The translations under genes were made by a program, and so were the position numbers. From Perkinsus olseni (Eukaryota): a DNA stretch of 64,000 nt. Shown piece after piece: positions 36,700 through 48,941 of this stretch. The stretch spans positions 1 through 64,000 of the forward strand of contig JABANN010000085.1 in the NCBI GenBank assembly GCA_013115125.1, in the 5' to 3' direction. The stretch's first letter is position 1, and each line of letters opens with the position of its first letter. The notes beneath the pieces are model-generated. The model was not told the origin of the DNA and ran no database searches. It saw only the letters and a list, made by a program, of their open reading frames with translations.

Positions 36700-39600
36700 G
36701 TGTGCAGTGGAACCATCCAGGACAGTACTGTGTTCAATTCAGTTCAAGTTGATGGAAAATTGTCTGCCAACCCTTCCACCAGGCGATTCAGTATTCTATA
36801 TTATCGTATTAAGTTATGGCTGTTTGGAGTTGTTGATGGTGTGGTATGGCTGTTCAGGTACGATAATAGCAGTATGAGGTACCATAGCGATCGGTGGCTC
36901 AGCGCGACTCCACTGTACTCTGATGGAGGTGCGTTGGTCAGCTTGGACTTCCGTTCTCTTGTGGATGGGGTTGTGGAGTTGGAGTGGCCTCTCGTGCGGA
37001 CGCAGGTAGCAGAGGGCCTCTGCTTCATACGTGAAATTATTGTGAAGTGATCGAGTGATGGTTATAGTTAGACAGAAACAAGCATAGATTTTGAGCCGCC
37101 GCCGCCGCCGCCGCCGACGGAACCTTCTTCCCTACCCCGTATCGATTTGACAAGTTGTACTCGTCTTTGACGAATTCCGTTGTCGAGACCATCCAATGGA
37201 GCTCCTCCAGCTACAGTTTCTCATTGTTGCAGTTCACGCTGATCTCTCGCTTGAAGCACTTGTACTCATCTATGACGCGTTCGTTGATGCATATGTCGTT
37301 CGCAGATACTGACGGCGTTCGCCTGCCGCTACCTGCCTGGGTCGGAGCCCTGGATGACGAGCGGGGTTGCCCCTATAATGGAGCGTCGAGAGTTCAGAGT
37401 TACCCTCGACGAGGAGGGCTTTGCTGACGCCATTGAGACCAGCGCATCTGAGAGTTGTGAGATTCTGGGGGAGTATCCGTGCGCGGGGGTCGGTTGGAAG
37501 CGGTACAGTCTGCGAGGAGGGGACGGGAGAAATTTGCGAGTGAGCGTTGGGGTTGAGCTGCGGCACGTGGTGACGATTATGAAGTATCTTCCGGGGTTTA
37601 AGTTGAGAGTGCCGGTGAGGAACCTTGATATGAGGCACCAGAGTGATCTGAAGATAATATTAGACATGGCCCGGAAGAATGGACTATTTATTTACGTAAT
37701 CGATCGGTTTATTACGCTCTGTACGATACTGATTCTGACAGTTGGCAATCAGGGAGACGCCACCATTGGCCCCCATAAGATGCTGCTTTTCCTGCTTTTA
37801 AAGCTGATCATTCTGGTCTATGAGGTTGGACTGAATGTGAGGGACTTGGAAGATCGTAGTCGGACTTTTAGTCTGGGGAGGAGCCTGCTGGCTGGGGACT
37901 CCTTCGTGTGGCTGATGCAGTCTTTGACTTTACTGGTCCTGCTGTTGGGGCACTCTGAGGTGGAGCGAATACCCTCACCGATTGCAGCGGTGCTGGGTAT
38001 TTTCATAACGGCTTTGACGATGTTGACGATGAATTGGCGGTCCTTCGGGGAGATGGTGGATGATTATTCGGCGGTGGTGGCGGACAGGGCTGCCTCCTTG
38101 AGGAATAGGTTGGCGTTTTACGCTCATCGTGTTCGAGAGAGGATTCTAAGATTGCGATTTTTGGAGAAGTACCGCAGCAGGAGTGGTTCTGTTCACGGTC
38201 TCTTTATCGAGGGTATCGATTTCGTTACGCCGGAATTTGGGTTATTCATGAATGGCCGGGTGGAGACGGAAGAATCGGAATCGGTCGAGGTGAAGCAGAA
38301 ATGCGCGATTGAGAAGAGGCTGTATTATCATACGGTCAGCAGGAGGGAATTTCCCCATTATTTCTTGGAGTCCCCGAGGGACCTGGCAAGATACGAGGGA
38401 GACATAAAATCGAGATTGGCGATGGTCGTTGGGCCGGGGAAGCTGCGGAGTGAGGAGGGTATTGGCGACTTGGCCGTCACGGTGCAGGTGGTGAATCATG
38501 CGGAGAATCCTTGGCTGTGCACAGCTGAGATGGACTCGTATTTTTCGCTGTACTACCCGCCACGGTGGAGGTCTGAGGTTGAAGGAAGGGACAGACGGGA
38601 GGTCAATGCTGTGGCTCGGCGATGGTTGTACCAGGTAGTTGGGGCAGAGGGTGGGGGGGGGTGGGCCTATGGAGTTCACGGAGTTCGGAATTAAGTAGTC
38701 TGGCGCAGCGTGAGGACGTATCTTAGTTTGACGCGTAGCTGCGACGGGAGGGCGTATCTTAGGTTGACGCATGGCTGGGACGGGAGGGCGTATCTTAGGT
38801 TGACGCATGACTGGGACGGGAGGGCGTATCTTAGGTTGACGCATGGCTGCGACGGGAGGTGGGAGCTGTGAAATCATCGTTGACGGCGACATCTAGCGTG
38901 CTGAGGCGGTTGGATGTGGTAATGAAGGAGCAGCTCTCTGGAGAGGACAGAATGCGAAAAGTAGAATCAACCAAAAGAGTCATTCATTGGGGATCCAGTT
39001 GATAGGTTAGGCTGCGTGTGGGTCGAGTGACGGGTCTTAGGAGTGAAGGGATTATGGGATTCGGGGATTATGAAGGGAGTCGCTTTTACTGCTGCCTCCT
39101 GCCTGAGGGCGTGGAGTCCTCCTTGGATGGAGATGTGCCCAACAGGGAGAGGATCAGTGAGGTAGTAGGGGGGAAGCGCCGTGGGGCGTCGGAGCAGGAG
39201 GGGTGTAAATGGTGAGCTAGAGAGGCTTACCGTGATCGACCTAAGATACGCTGCAGAGGGCTCCTTGTGTGTACGCACGGGCCGAGCAGTTGACGATTGA
39301 TGGATTTTTCACCGGCCCGATGTGGCTCAAGATAGAGATTTTACTCCCCTTAGTGGGAGTATCAATGGAGTTGTTGTCAGGTCGTGGGGGTGGTGGACGG
39401 CAGCGATCCAGGCGATTGTGTTTTCGAGGAAAATGTGGACATCACCGTACCGCTCTTTGCCCAACTCACGTCTGCCCACGTCTCCCTCAGGTTCCATGTA
39501 GGGACCAGACCATAGTGCTGAGCGTTTGGAAGGAGAACTGCAGCACCGGTGGCGAGGACGACGAGCTGGTCGCGTATACCAGACCTATCCCGTTGCCTGA

Positions 39601-40450
39601 GGGTGGAGGAGGAGAAGGTACTCCGATAGGGGACCGGGGAGAATTGTCGGCCACGGAAGCGAATTCCGTGAAGGTTGCTGATCGTCCTTGTCGTAATGGG
39701 AGAGGCTGTCACTGGTGGATGATGATCTTTTTCAGATTCGACTTTCCTCCTGCGAGAAGACGTCGGTGGATTTGCTGGTAACATTGAGTGTGACTTGCTT
39801 TTCTTCCCGAGACCACACAGTGACCTAACGATGGGTGCTCAAGTGGTGGTGAGGGCGACGGGAGCTGGGGCAATCGGCGTGCTGAGAATGAGTCGTTTTC
39901 GGGGTAGTTATTGACTTGAGGAGGAGGGCCTGATCCGTACTAGGAGCACCGTTGCAGGCCTCTACTAGGCCGGACGGGAGGAGCGAAATTTGAGCTTCTT
40001 CTGGGGGTTCCTGGGAGTTGTTCTGCTTCGACTTGTCCTCGCGCTGTGACGTAGTATTACATTTTCAGAGAAGATCGCCCCGGGGAACCCTGGGAAGCAT
40101 CTCATTAAGATTCGACACCCTATCCATGTTTGCAGAGGGCGAGCTGAGATCCTTCAGTACTGAGGGCGGCGACGATGTTGCCCCACTGACGGAGGCTCAG
40201 AAGCTGCAGAGAAAGAAGGTAGGCCTTGATAGACCCTTTCGGAGGGTCTCTACAGTGCTGCTGCATAGGTGGCCCACTTTGTGGTCATGGCGGACCATCT
40301 GAAGGGGTCCAAGTCCTGGAGACCGGACCCCCTTCCATTGATACCTGCCGTGTACCTCCCGGATGGTTACGACTCGAAACCTCGGAAAAAAGTGGAAAGA
40401 TTGGTAGTGGGGCCGAGGACAGGTTGGAGTGAGGCCTTTGCAATTGTCGT
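36700..40450 (+). CDS. Hypothetical multi-exon membrane protein, possibly with a C2-like domain
   Basis: 446-aa ORF 37354-38694 with about four hydrophobic segments. A later exon IVLSVWKENCSTGGEDDELVAYT is C2-like. Boundaries uncertain. Confidence 0.45.
38715..38858. repeat. Minisatellite, 4 x 36 nt
   Basis: GGCGTATCTTAGGTTGACGCATGGCTGGGACGGGAG units with no spacers; probably intronic. Confidence 0.9.
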
Positions 40451-40779
40451 CGTGTATTCTTCGCATGGAGTAGCTTTATTCGGTCTAGTCCGTCATCATA
40501 CTCGGCATCTAGTGAATATATTGCTCGAAAAAGCATTTCGCGTGCCATCTTGGAGGGAGCGACCGAGGCAGAAACAAACATAAATTTTGAATCGCCGTGT
40601 TTTGTTCGTGAGAATTTACCCACCGGAAATTTGCCGGAAATTTTACTTTGAAGTTCAAAGTAGTGGGCCACTTTCCGAAAGAAAATTTGAAAGTTACAAC
40701 GGATTTGACACTGTGTCGAGAGGGTCCCCGGCTATCTGACTGGCCAGGAGCGAATCTTATGCTGATGCATGCACGTCTC

Positions 40780-41820
40780 AGAGTTGGGATGGTATGTTGT
40801 ACGAGATGGTTCCGGGAGAGGGTGTGAAGGAGAGTACCAGTGAGAGGAGGGAGTGTCTGCTGGGGCTCACAGCGAGCGAGGTTATCGTCAAATGGCGGGA
40901 CACTCGGGCGGAGCAGCTGCTGCCTTTCCGGCGTGCTATTATGGAGAAGTACGGATGCAGCTGGGAGATGGTGTTCAAGTTGATGAAGTAGTAGAGGGGC
41001 GTTGAGGGGATGGGAGGATCGTCGTCAGGAGGGCGGCAGCTGAGGCCACCGGTGATGAGAGAGGGAAGGGAGATCAGGGTGGAGTCATTTGTGAAGAGGA
41101 ATTTGGGGTACTGGGGGGAGTGCCTGGCTCTTGGGCTACTTTTGGGAATGGTCGATCTGGGAATGGTGGCCAGCCAGCGTAGCCGCAGGTTCTGTCCGGC
41201 ATTTTTTAGGACTATGCGGTGCGCATAGGTTCACGTTCGGCTCGGCGCTTTTATCTTGAGATAGTCTGAGATCGCTGATGCTTCTTGTGAGTTCCGCGAA
41301 ACGAGAGTTATTCTTCGACGTTTCTCATCCCTTCGGCTGTGTCACTTGAGAGTTCGGAGCAGCTCTGGGCGTAGGTAGAGAGTAGATAGTAATTCATCGC
41401 TGCGTCCCCAGTCGATTTGGGTGCATCCTGTGAGGTGACCGAATAGGTGGCCTTGGCTTCCCTCTTGCCTGACTATCTAGCACGCCAGGCTTCCCTGGGC
41501 GGGGAGTCCTCGATAGAAGCAGCCCGGAGGACATTTCAACTCATAGACGATGATGGTGATGGGTTCATCGTATTGAGCAACCTAAGATGCGCAGGTGAGG
41601 TTGTGCTGATTTTGTGGATGGAAGGTGGTGGATTATCAGGCGAGCATGCTGGTCATGAGAGAATCCCAGTGATGGTGGACTATCGATTGCCGCTGTCGAG
41701 TCTCTCGTGCATATCAACGAATACGGGGTGAGTGACTTTGGGTGCGGAAAGTGTGGTATGAAGGAGAGCAGTCTTCTTCCTACGTACCATCGATTTAATC
41801 AGAAATGGTAGGGTGGAGTA
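40780..41820 (+). CDS. Exons with an EF-hand-like motif (may belong to an adjacent gene)
   Basis: AARRTFQLIDDDGDGFIVLSNL matches the EF-hand loop consensus. Confidence 0.45.
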
Positions 41821-42189
41821 GATGATGCGGCGGAGGTTGGTGGATGTAGAGTTCTACTGACGTTGGTGGGTGTAGTAGCGAGTATCGATCGCGTGGGGCC
41901 CGCCCTTGCCGTGGCATCGGTTCCCATAGGGAAGGTGATAAGCCTGAGGGGGGAAGGATGAGCTAGGAAGTATTCTTGGCCGCCTTATGCCTGTTAGACT
42001 AAGTTGAAACTTTCAATTTGTGGGGGTCCCACTCGAGACGAAAATTCGCGGGATAGGGGCTTTCGGATTCACGGTTCATTATCAGCAGCACAGAGGAATC
42101 TTATGTCGACCCGCGGTTTTCGCGGATCAAAAGATTCCAAGATCGTCATCAGACCTGGGATAGGGTGTGATTGTTTTTCTGTGGTGGTT

Positions 42190-45100
42190 TCAGGGAGAGG
42201 ACGATTACGCTGTTGTGTGATGACAAGTTTGTAGCTAGCAAAGAGTGGAAGGCCTTGAAGAGTGCGCTCGACCCTTGTTGGGTCCCGCCAGAGGTAGGAG
42301 GTCCCGGGTTCGATCCCTGGTCAAGGCATATTTCTTTTTGCCTAGGTTAATGACCATCGATATAGTCTGGAGTCTTATGAGAGTTCCCCACAGTCGTCTT
42401 TGGGTGGGGACTTCATGACGTTCGCTGTATTGGAGGGGTACTGTAGTATGTGGCAGCGGGTGATTAAGAAGTGCAGTATGAACACGAGGAGGGTGGTGAT
42501 AGAAGGATATGATGGTCAGGTAGGCGGCTTACGGTTGGGGCCGCGTCTCAGTGGGGGTGTCTTCGTGCGTCTACTCGCCGCTCTTCCTTTGAAGGGCGCA
42601 AGCCATTGCGATGGGCGTCGTTGTGAAGATCCCGCGAGATGGATAGGGTGGCCTAAATGCTCCGCCGTTGGCTGTGTTGTCGACGATTTTCTTCTTGGTA
42701 GACAACTGGCCGTCGTCGTTCAGGTGGTCGACCATCCCCGTATAAGTGGCAGCTATATGCGTGATGGTTGGGGAGTGCAGGAGTACCCCCCTGAGTCCAA
42801 TGACCGAGGAGAGTGCCTGGTCTATAGGGGTCACTGGGAAAATCATGTTTTCGACGGCGAAGGCGTGCTAGCTCGACGGAGGTCCTCGAGGAGTAGCGGA
42901 GTCCTGGGGCGCCTGAGGGAAGGTTGGAAGGATGCTGGTGGTGGTGTGCGGGGCGATGTCATTTATCGAGGGCAGTGGCGTGGCGGGAAGAAGCACGGCC
43001 GAGGCGTTTATTACTTCCAGCTGCGGGGACCCGAGGGTGTCGTCTACCACTGTGTTTATGAAGGGGAGTTCCGAGACGACGCCTTCTGCGGGCAGGGGAT
43101 CTTCAGGGTGCGGGATGTGGAACTGGTGGCGAGGAATGAGGAGATGTACCCTGGCCGTATTGTTAGCTATTATGGGGCCTTCGCTGGAGAGGGTACTGGT
43201 TGTGGACGGGAGGGTGGCCGACTGGATGAGGCGCGCGTGTGAGTACCTGGAGGGACCTGTTGAAAGTCTTTTCCGAAGTCTCTTCTCGAGACGATTGAAG
43301 GGGAATATTGCTTTATGAGGAGGCTGTCTTCTGCGTGAATCAGCTTGCTCGTGTGAGTGGCGGTTGGGTGCTGCTCGAAGGTGTCAGAAAAATTCCTGTA
43401 AGGTTTTTTGGCGGAAAATGCAGTCATGAGGAGACTTCCCAGTGAAAGAAGGAAGCTTCTTTGGCGCCTTCCGTGATGCTGCTGTTGAACTTGATAGGTA
43501 TGATAGGGGAGTGACGACTGGTGAGTCGAGGAAGAGTCAGGAGTTTTTGGAGTTCTTCAGACAGGATGATGATGGTAATGCTCGGGTGGGTCGATGGGCT
43601 GTCGGTTGCCCGATGACTAGGTATCCAACCCTGTGGTAGAATGCCTGTGGACGACACGCTTGCTATGTATAGCACCATCGGAGACGTGCTGGCCATCTGT
43701 CTGGATGGAGTTGTGAGGTGAGGGGGACGGTTGATGCCGACGAGTCATTCTCGATGGAGCAGCCTGCCAGAGTCTTTGAAGCATACGGTGATATCGAAAT
43801 GGAGCTACATGATCGGCCGAGCTAGTTCTAGTGCTGTGGAGTCGAATCGGAACTGTATTTCTCCGGTACAGTCATTCTGGCGTGCTACGGTCTGTTGTCT
43901 TTCCGCTAGAGTATCGGGAACCTTAGAATTTTCAAGAGCGTGATCGAAAATTTCGGGCTATTTCCTCCCGGAAGCCCAAAGAAGCGCTTGGAAGCGGCTC
44001 TATTATCATACGGTTGATAGGAGGGAATTTCCTCATTATTTTTAGAGTCCTTCTGGGCACCCTGGAGGGTTGTTGTTTCAGCGTGCTACCTGCCAGCCGG
44101 GATGGCATCAGTCTGGTGGGCGAGGCAGTTGATGTTTCCTTGCTTATGAAGGAGACAGAGACCTACTGTGGGGAGCTCTTGAACGGCCGACCGCACGGCC
44201 GGGGGGTTAAGAGGGTTCCTGTCGCGACACTTGTTGCCCGTAAGATTTCGTGGCTAGAGGTGTCAGAATGTCTACGGGTTGTCTGTCAGCCCCTCCGCCG
44301 GCCCAGTCTGACGCCGCTCGGGATGCGTTCTCGCGGAGTCTGTCGAGTAACGTGAGCGGGGGTACAGTTTTCACGGCCTTTACTAGCACTACTACCGCAG
44401 CTGGACGAGGGTAGTAAGAGGGGGTAATGGAGTTACGGCAGGGAGGGGTTGTTGTTGCGGTGGTTGTCAGTGTTAGAAGGCCTCGGTCTTGGGGGAGGGA
44501 GCTCGAGGTTTATGATGGTCAGTGGAGGGATGGTCAGAAGCACGGTGAAGGGCGAATGGAATTTAGGGATGGAGTGGTAGGAGGGCCTGCTGTAGCTGGT
44601 TGATTATCGTGAAGCTCGTCATCGTAATGTTACTGACAGAGTGGGAACAGCTGGTTTCTGAGATGTGTGAAAGTTGGTACTTCCGAGGTTTCCATTATTC
44701 TCGTCTATTTTCGCCATTGACGACTCCCGCTACTGTCTGCTAGATTAGTCTTGGTATCCACGTTCACCTTAAGATTGAAAATTCTCAAAGTTCGCCGCCC
44801 CGCGTGTGATATTTGATTACTATTGATCTGATGGTACTAAGTTATGAGTGAGTAGTAATGAGTAATAGTAACCAGTAACCTTCGACCAGTAGCCAGTTAC
44901 TCACAGGGTACGATAACGTGAGGCTGTCAACCTCAGTGAATTCGTGTATTGGTGAATTTTCCATTCTTGTATTCTTCCTGTGAGAAGGGTGTTTGTTACT
45001 CACGTAGCCGGCTATTTCGGTGATTTCCTGTTTTCGCTCCTTTCTCGGGTAGTATAACTGATCCGTTTCTCTGGCGAGTGTGAGTGAACTTTTGTTACGA

Positions 45101-46688
45101 TTGGTGTGGTATGGATGAGCAGGTATACGAAGGTGGGTGGCGGGAGGACCTCCGCCACGGTCGAGGTGTGCAGGTTATCGATGCGGCCAGCAAGGTCTGT
45201 CTGCTATACGGATACACTAGGTGAGTATCTTAGGTTGAAGCGAGGTCTACGCAGAATGCAGGTATGAGGGCGACTTCCAGCATGGCATTCGAAGCGGCCA
45301 AGGGCGAATTGAATTGACTGATGGCTCGGTGTATGAGGGAAGGTTTGATACGAACCAGCGGCATGATCCCGACGGCAATGGTCGGTCTGGGTGAGGGCAG
45401 CACGGCCGCAGTGGTGGGAATAGGTAAACTGTTTGACGGCGGTGGTCGGCTGATTTACGAGGGAACGTGGGAGAGAGATCGCCGGACCCCATCTTGTCGC
45501 TTCATGCGGCTTCAGAATGGTCACGTGTAAGCTGTGGAATTTCGTGGCGCGTGACGATGTATGGTCGGGCGATAGGTATGTCGGTGAGTTGGATGGGTAT
45601 GGGAGGCCCTCTGGTCGCGGGTCCCTGTTTATTGATGAGACGAAGAGGCCTCCTGCTTTGTATGAGGGAGAGTGGAAGGTGGGAAGGGGGCCTGCGGGGG
45701 AGGGGCGAGTGGTGCTGTTTTGGGGTAGGCCGGGCGGTTCCACGGAGAAGGCGTGCTGGTGCAGAATGATTCTACTTATACAGGACAGTGGTTTGAAGGG
45801 AGGATGCACGGCAAAGGGATGCTGAAACAACGTGTGGCTGATGAAAATTTGGAACATGAATCGCTTCGCTCCGCTCAGCTGGTGCGACTTATGATGGCGA
45901 TTGGGATATGAACCAGCGGCAGGGACGGGGCAAGTTGACTGTGTTGAATGGACAGTACTCGTACGATGGCGACTGGGCTAACGATGTGCCTCATGGTCAT
46001 GGCGATCTTGAAGATCCAAAGTACGTGGGAAATGTCGCGCGCCACAAAATTGGCGTGCCGCCGCAGGTACATCCATGAGAATGTAGTGTTCCATCAGGGC
46101 GTGTGCCAAATGCCGTTTGTGGACGAGGGAGCTCCTGTGGCGAGGTAGCCGGAGGTAGCCTTCTGAGTGTTCGGTAGCATGGCTGGTGTTCCTGATGTCC
46201 TGGAGTCAACCAATTTCGAAGTGGAACTCGGAATGGCATCTGGAAAAGGTTTTTGCACGTAAAATACGGTACCAGAATCGGATTTGGTTTATTGAACGAT
46301 CCCTGAGGGACGGTTAATAACGTGTAAGTAGCATAAAACTTCTCAGCCTGGCCGACTGCATGCCGATCAACACCCGTATCGGTAGACAGGCCCTTGAAGA
46401 CGCCATGAGTATGGTCAAGCCTCGGGTGGAGGTGAGATACCACGGGGCAGGCCGGGCCCTGAGCTTCTGGGGTAGGTCGGAAAGCCGATCAATTTGGGCT
46501 ACGGACTTCTGAATGCGGAGGAGCACAACATCTACGCAATGGCTACTATGAGGAGGTCTAATAGAGCGATACGACACGAACTCAGGAGAAGCGCGATGTT
46601 TGGTACGCAGACGCTGTCGTCTCATGGTGGGTTGTTGGGGGTATCAGGGGTCGTGGCTCTGGCTGCTGTCGTTGTCAGGTTTGGATGA
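42190..46688 (+). CDS. MORN-repeat protein, multi-exon
   Basis: Repeated YxGxWxxGxxHGxG: YRGQWRGGKKHGRG, YEGEFRDDAFCGQG, YCGELLNGRPHGRG, YDGQWRDGQKHGEG, YEGGWREDLRHGRG, YDGDWANDVPHGHG. Ends uncertain. Confidence 0.85.
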
Positions 46689-46977
46689 TACGGTAAGGAC
46701 TGGCGTGTAGGGGTCCTGGTGCTGGTATCTTTGGGTGGGTGTTTCTTTGCTTGTTCATGATGTGGTAATTAAAGCGTTTCTCAGCTTCATCTGGGATTGT
46801 GTTACAGGGAAAGGGTGGTTTGAGGTCGTCTTCGGTTTTTTCTTTGATACCATGGCTTTGGCATCTCTTTCCCATTCGAAAATCTACCGTCGGTAAGTGT
46901 TCCTCACAGAGGGCGTGTGACTGAGCACACTGGCCTGACTCAGTGGAGGCCAGTCACAGTCAATTACAGAGGGAAAC

Positions 46978-48680
46978 ATGGCGTCCTTGCAGCTTCTCAC
47001 TGCCTTCGAGGTTCTTCGAGACCGGGTTGGTCCATTGAGTTGAAGTGAATTAGTTTTATTATTGCTGGTCGACTGCTGCGTTCAGTCGTTTGTTTTCCTC
47101 TCCCTCACCTCATGTCTCCGACAGTCCCCTCTTCCCCCAGTCGAAGGAGGGCTAGCTCGGCGATCTCCTCGACACAGAGCAAGATGGCGGGGCTGTGCAA
47201 GGAGGCTGGCCTGAAGGACTTCGAGCTTCGACAGGTCCCTAGCGATTTCTATGACCAGTCTTTGGAGTGGCGTAAAAATGTAATGACGGTGAAGGGGAAT
47301 TCCTTGTTCGGTTTGGAGCGCAGAGTGGGAATCTGGGTGGCTTGCGCTCTTTGAGAGTACTTCCTGAGGGCTGGAGTTGGTAGCAGTCCGGAGGAGCAGT
47401 ATTGAGAACTCTCAGTCGCTTGGGCTTGGACGTACCCGGTTAGTGGATTGCTCATCGACTTGGACACAGCTGTACTGCTGAATGTTTTTTTGTGAAACTG
47501 TTTGTTATTCATAGAGATCGCGAGGAAGTGCTCTTAAGAATTCAGTTCAGAAATTTTGTGACTTCCCCGCTTCGACCTTGGATACAGGTGCTGGAGATCC
47601 CGTCAACTGACCAGCTGTGCAAGACGTTAATAATGGAGAATGTGAAGCTGAACCACGTCGATGAGGAGGCAGCGAAGAAGAGGCTCCGATATGTGGCAGT
47701 GGTGGTTCAATACGGCCAGAAACTGCACAAGGAAAAACTGGTAGGGTTTGACGGTTCACAGGGGGGAGCTGAGGGTGGTGGGTGTCTCGCCGGGGGTCTT
47801 GGGAGGGGAGAGTGGGAAGCTCATTTTGTGACTTCCGAGAGAAAGTGGTTTAAGACCTCCCCTTGTATGCCTAGATCCCACGCCCTTGTCTATCATAGTA
47901 TGATGGGAATATTCAACAATGCTGAGTCAGCATTGCGGGATTCACGAAATTGGCTGTCTTCTTCGGGTACATCTTGGGTAATATCTTCGTGGCGATATTG
48001 ATTTATTGAGGGTTCGGCACCTGCAGAGTGTATCGTATCTTAGGGGTTCGCGGTACGCCGGATCGAAACGGAGCGTATGGGCCTCCCTGCGGCCGGTCGG
48101 AAGGCCTTCAATATGCGAATGGTGGAGCCAGAGGTATCGCAGAAGTTGTCAGGGTGAGTGGGTCGGGTTCAGCGTGACGGGGGGGTCGGGTTGACTGATT
48201 CCTCATGCTGGAGTCACTCTAGCGAGTCTCGTTATCGCCCGCTGGCATCTAGCATGGGCACTCAGGACAGACAGCATGGTTTCCGTAATTCCTGACCGAT
48301 AGACAAACACAAATTGTGATGGCTTGTATCTGGACTTCTAGCGTCGATTGTCACGAGTGAAGAAATGCGGAATGAGGCATATCTTTTCGTTCGTCTGGAG
48401 CATGGGCGATGCATGTGGGTTGGATGTTTTATTTCTAGGTTCACTCACAATGCTGTCACTTGTGTTGGTATGGCGACCAAGATGCCCGTCATCATTTCTG
48501 ATAGGATAATCGACGAACTGCCCTACGAGGACTTCTGGCTGGGTGAGTTGGCGGTGACGCTGTTACTCATGACCGCCGGGCGTCGTTGCAGGTGGTGGAC
48601 ATATCGATTTGAAGTTGCGGATGTGCAAGGAGGAGTTCCTATCCGTCTTTGACCCTGTTGTTGCGGACATCACTGTTTAG
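46978..48680 (+). CDS. YbaK/prolyl-tRNA-synthetase-associated (aminoacyl-tRNA editing) domain protein
   Basis: VPSDFYDQSLEWRK, QLCKTLIMEN, YVAVVVQY, FNMRM, HNAVTCVGM and FWLGGGHIDLKL. TAG at 48678-48680; start tentative. Confidence 0.8.
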
Positions 48681-48941
48681 CGGACAACGCTTCTCGCGAT
48701 CTTATCGGGAACTTGTAGGGGCTACTGCCAGACCTCGAACTTCTAGTCTTTCTGGAGCCCTTCTCTCGACGAGTGTTCAGCTTGTTCTCCATGATGGCTT
48801 GTGCTATGGGGGGAGGGGTTGGGGAAAGGTGGGAATTTTCGGAGATTATGGTAGAGAGGTGGGAAAATACCTTTCTACCTGCGGAAGCTCATGGTCAACC
48901 TCGTTGGTCAGCCTTCCTCTTGTCCGTGGCTTTCTATAATT

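Noticed and set aside
38715-38858. CRISPR-like 36-nt repeats and the 216-aa minus ORF spanning them
   Set aside because: Head-to-tail repeats with no spacers, no cas genes and a eukaryotic context. The ORF is probably a by-product of the minisatellite.
42252-42328. Complete tRNA gene (GCCTTGA...TCAAGGCA with a T-arm)
   Set aside because: No canonical A box, D-arm or anticodon arm, and the 5' part is in-frame exon sequence. Reported instead as an intronic tRNA 3' half.
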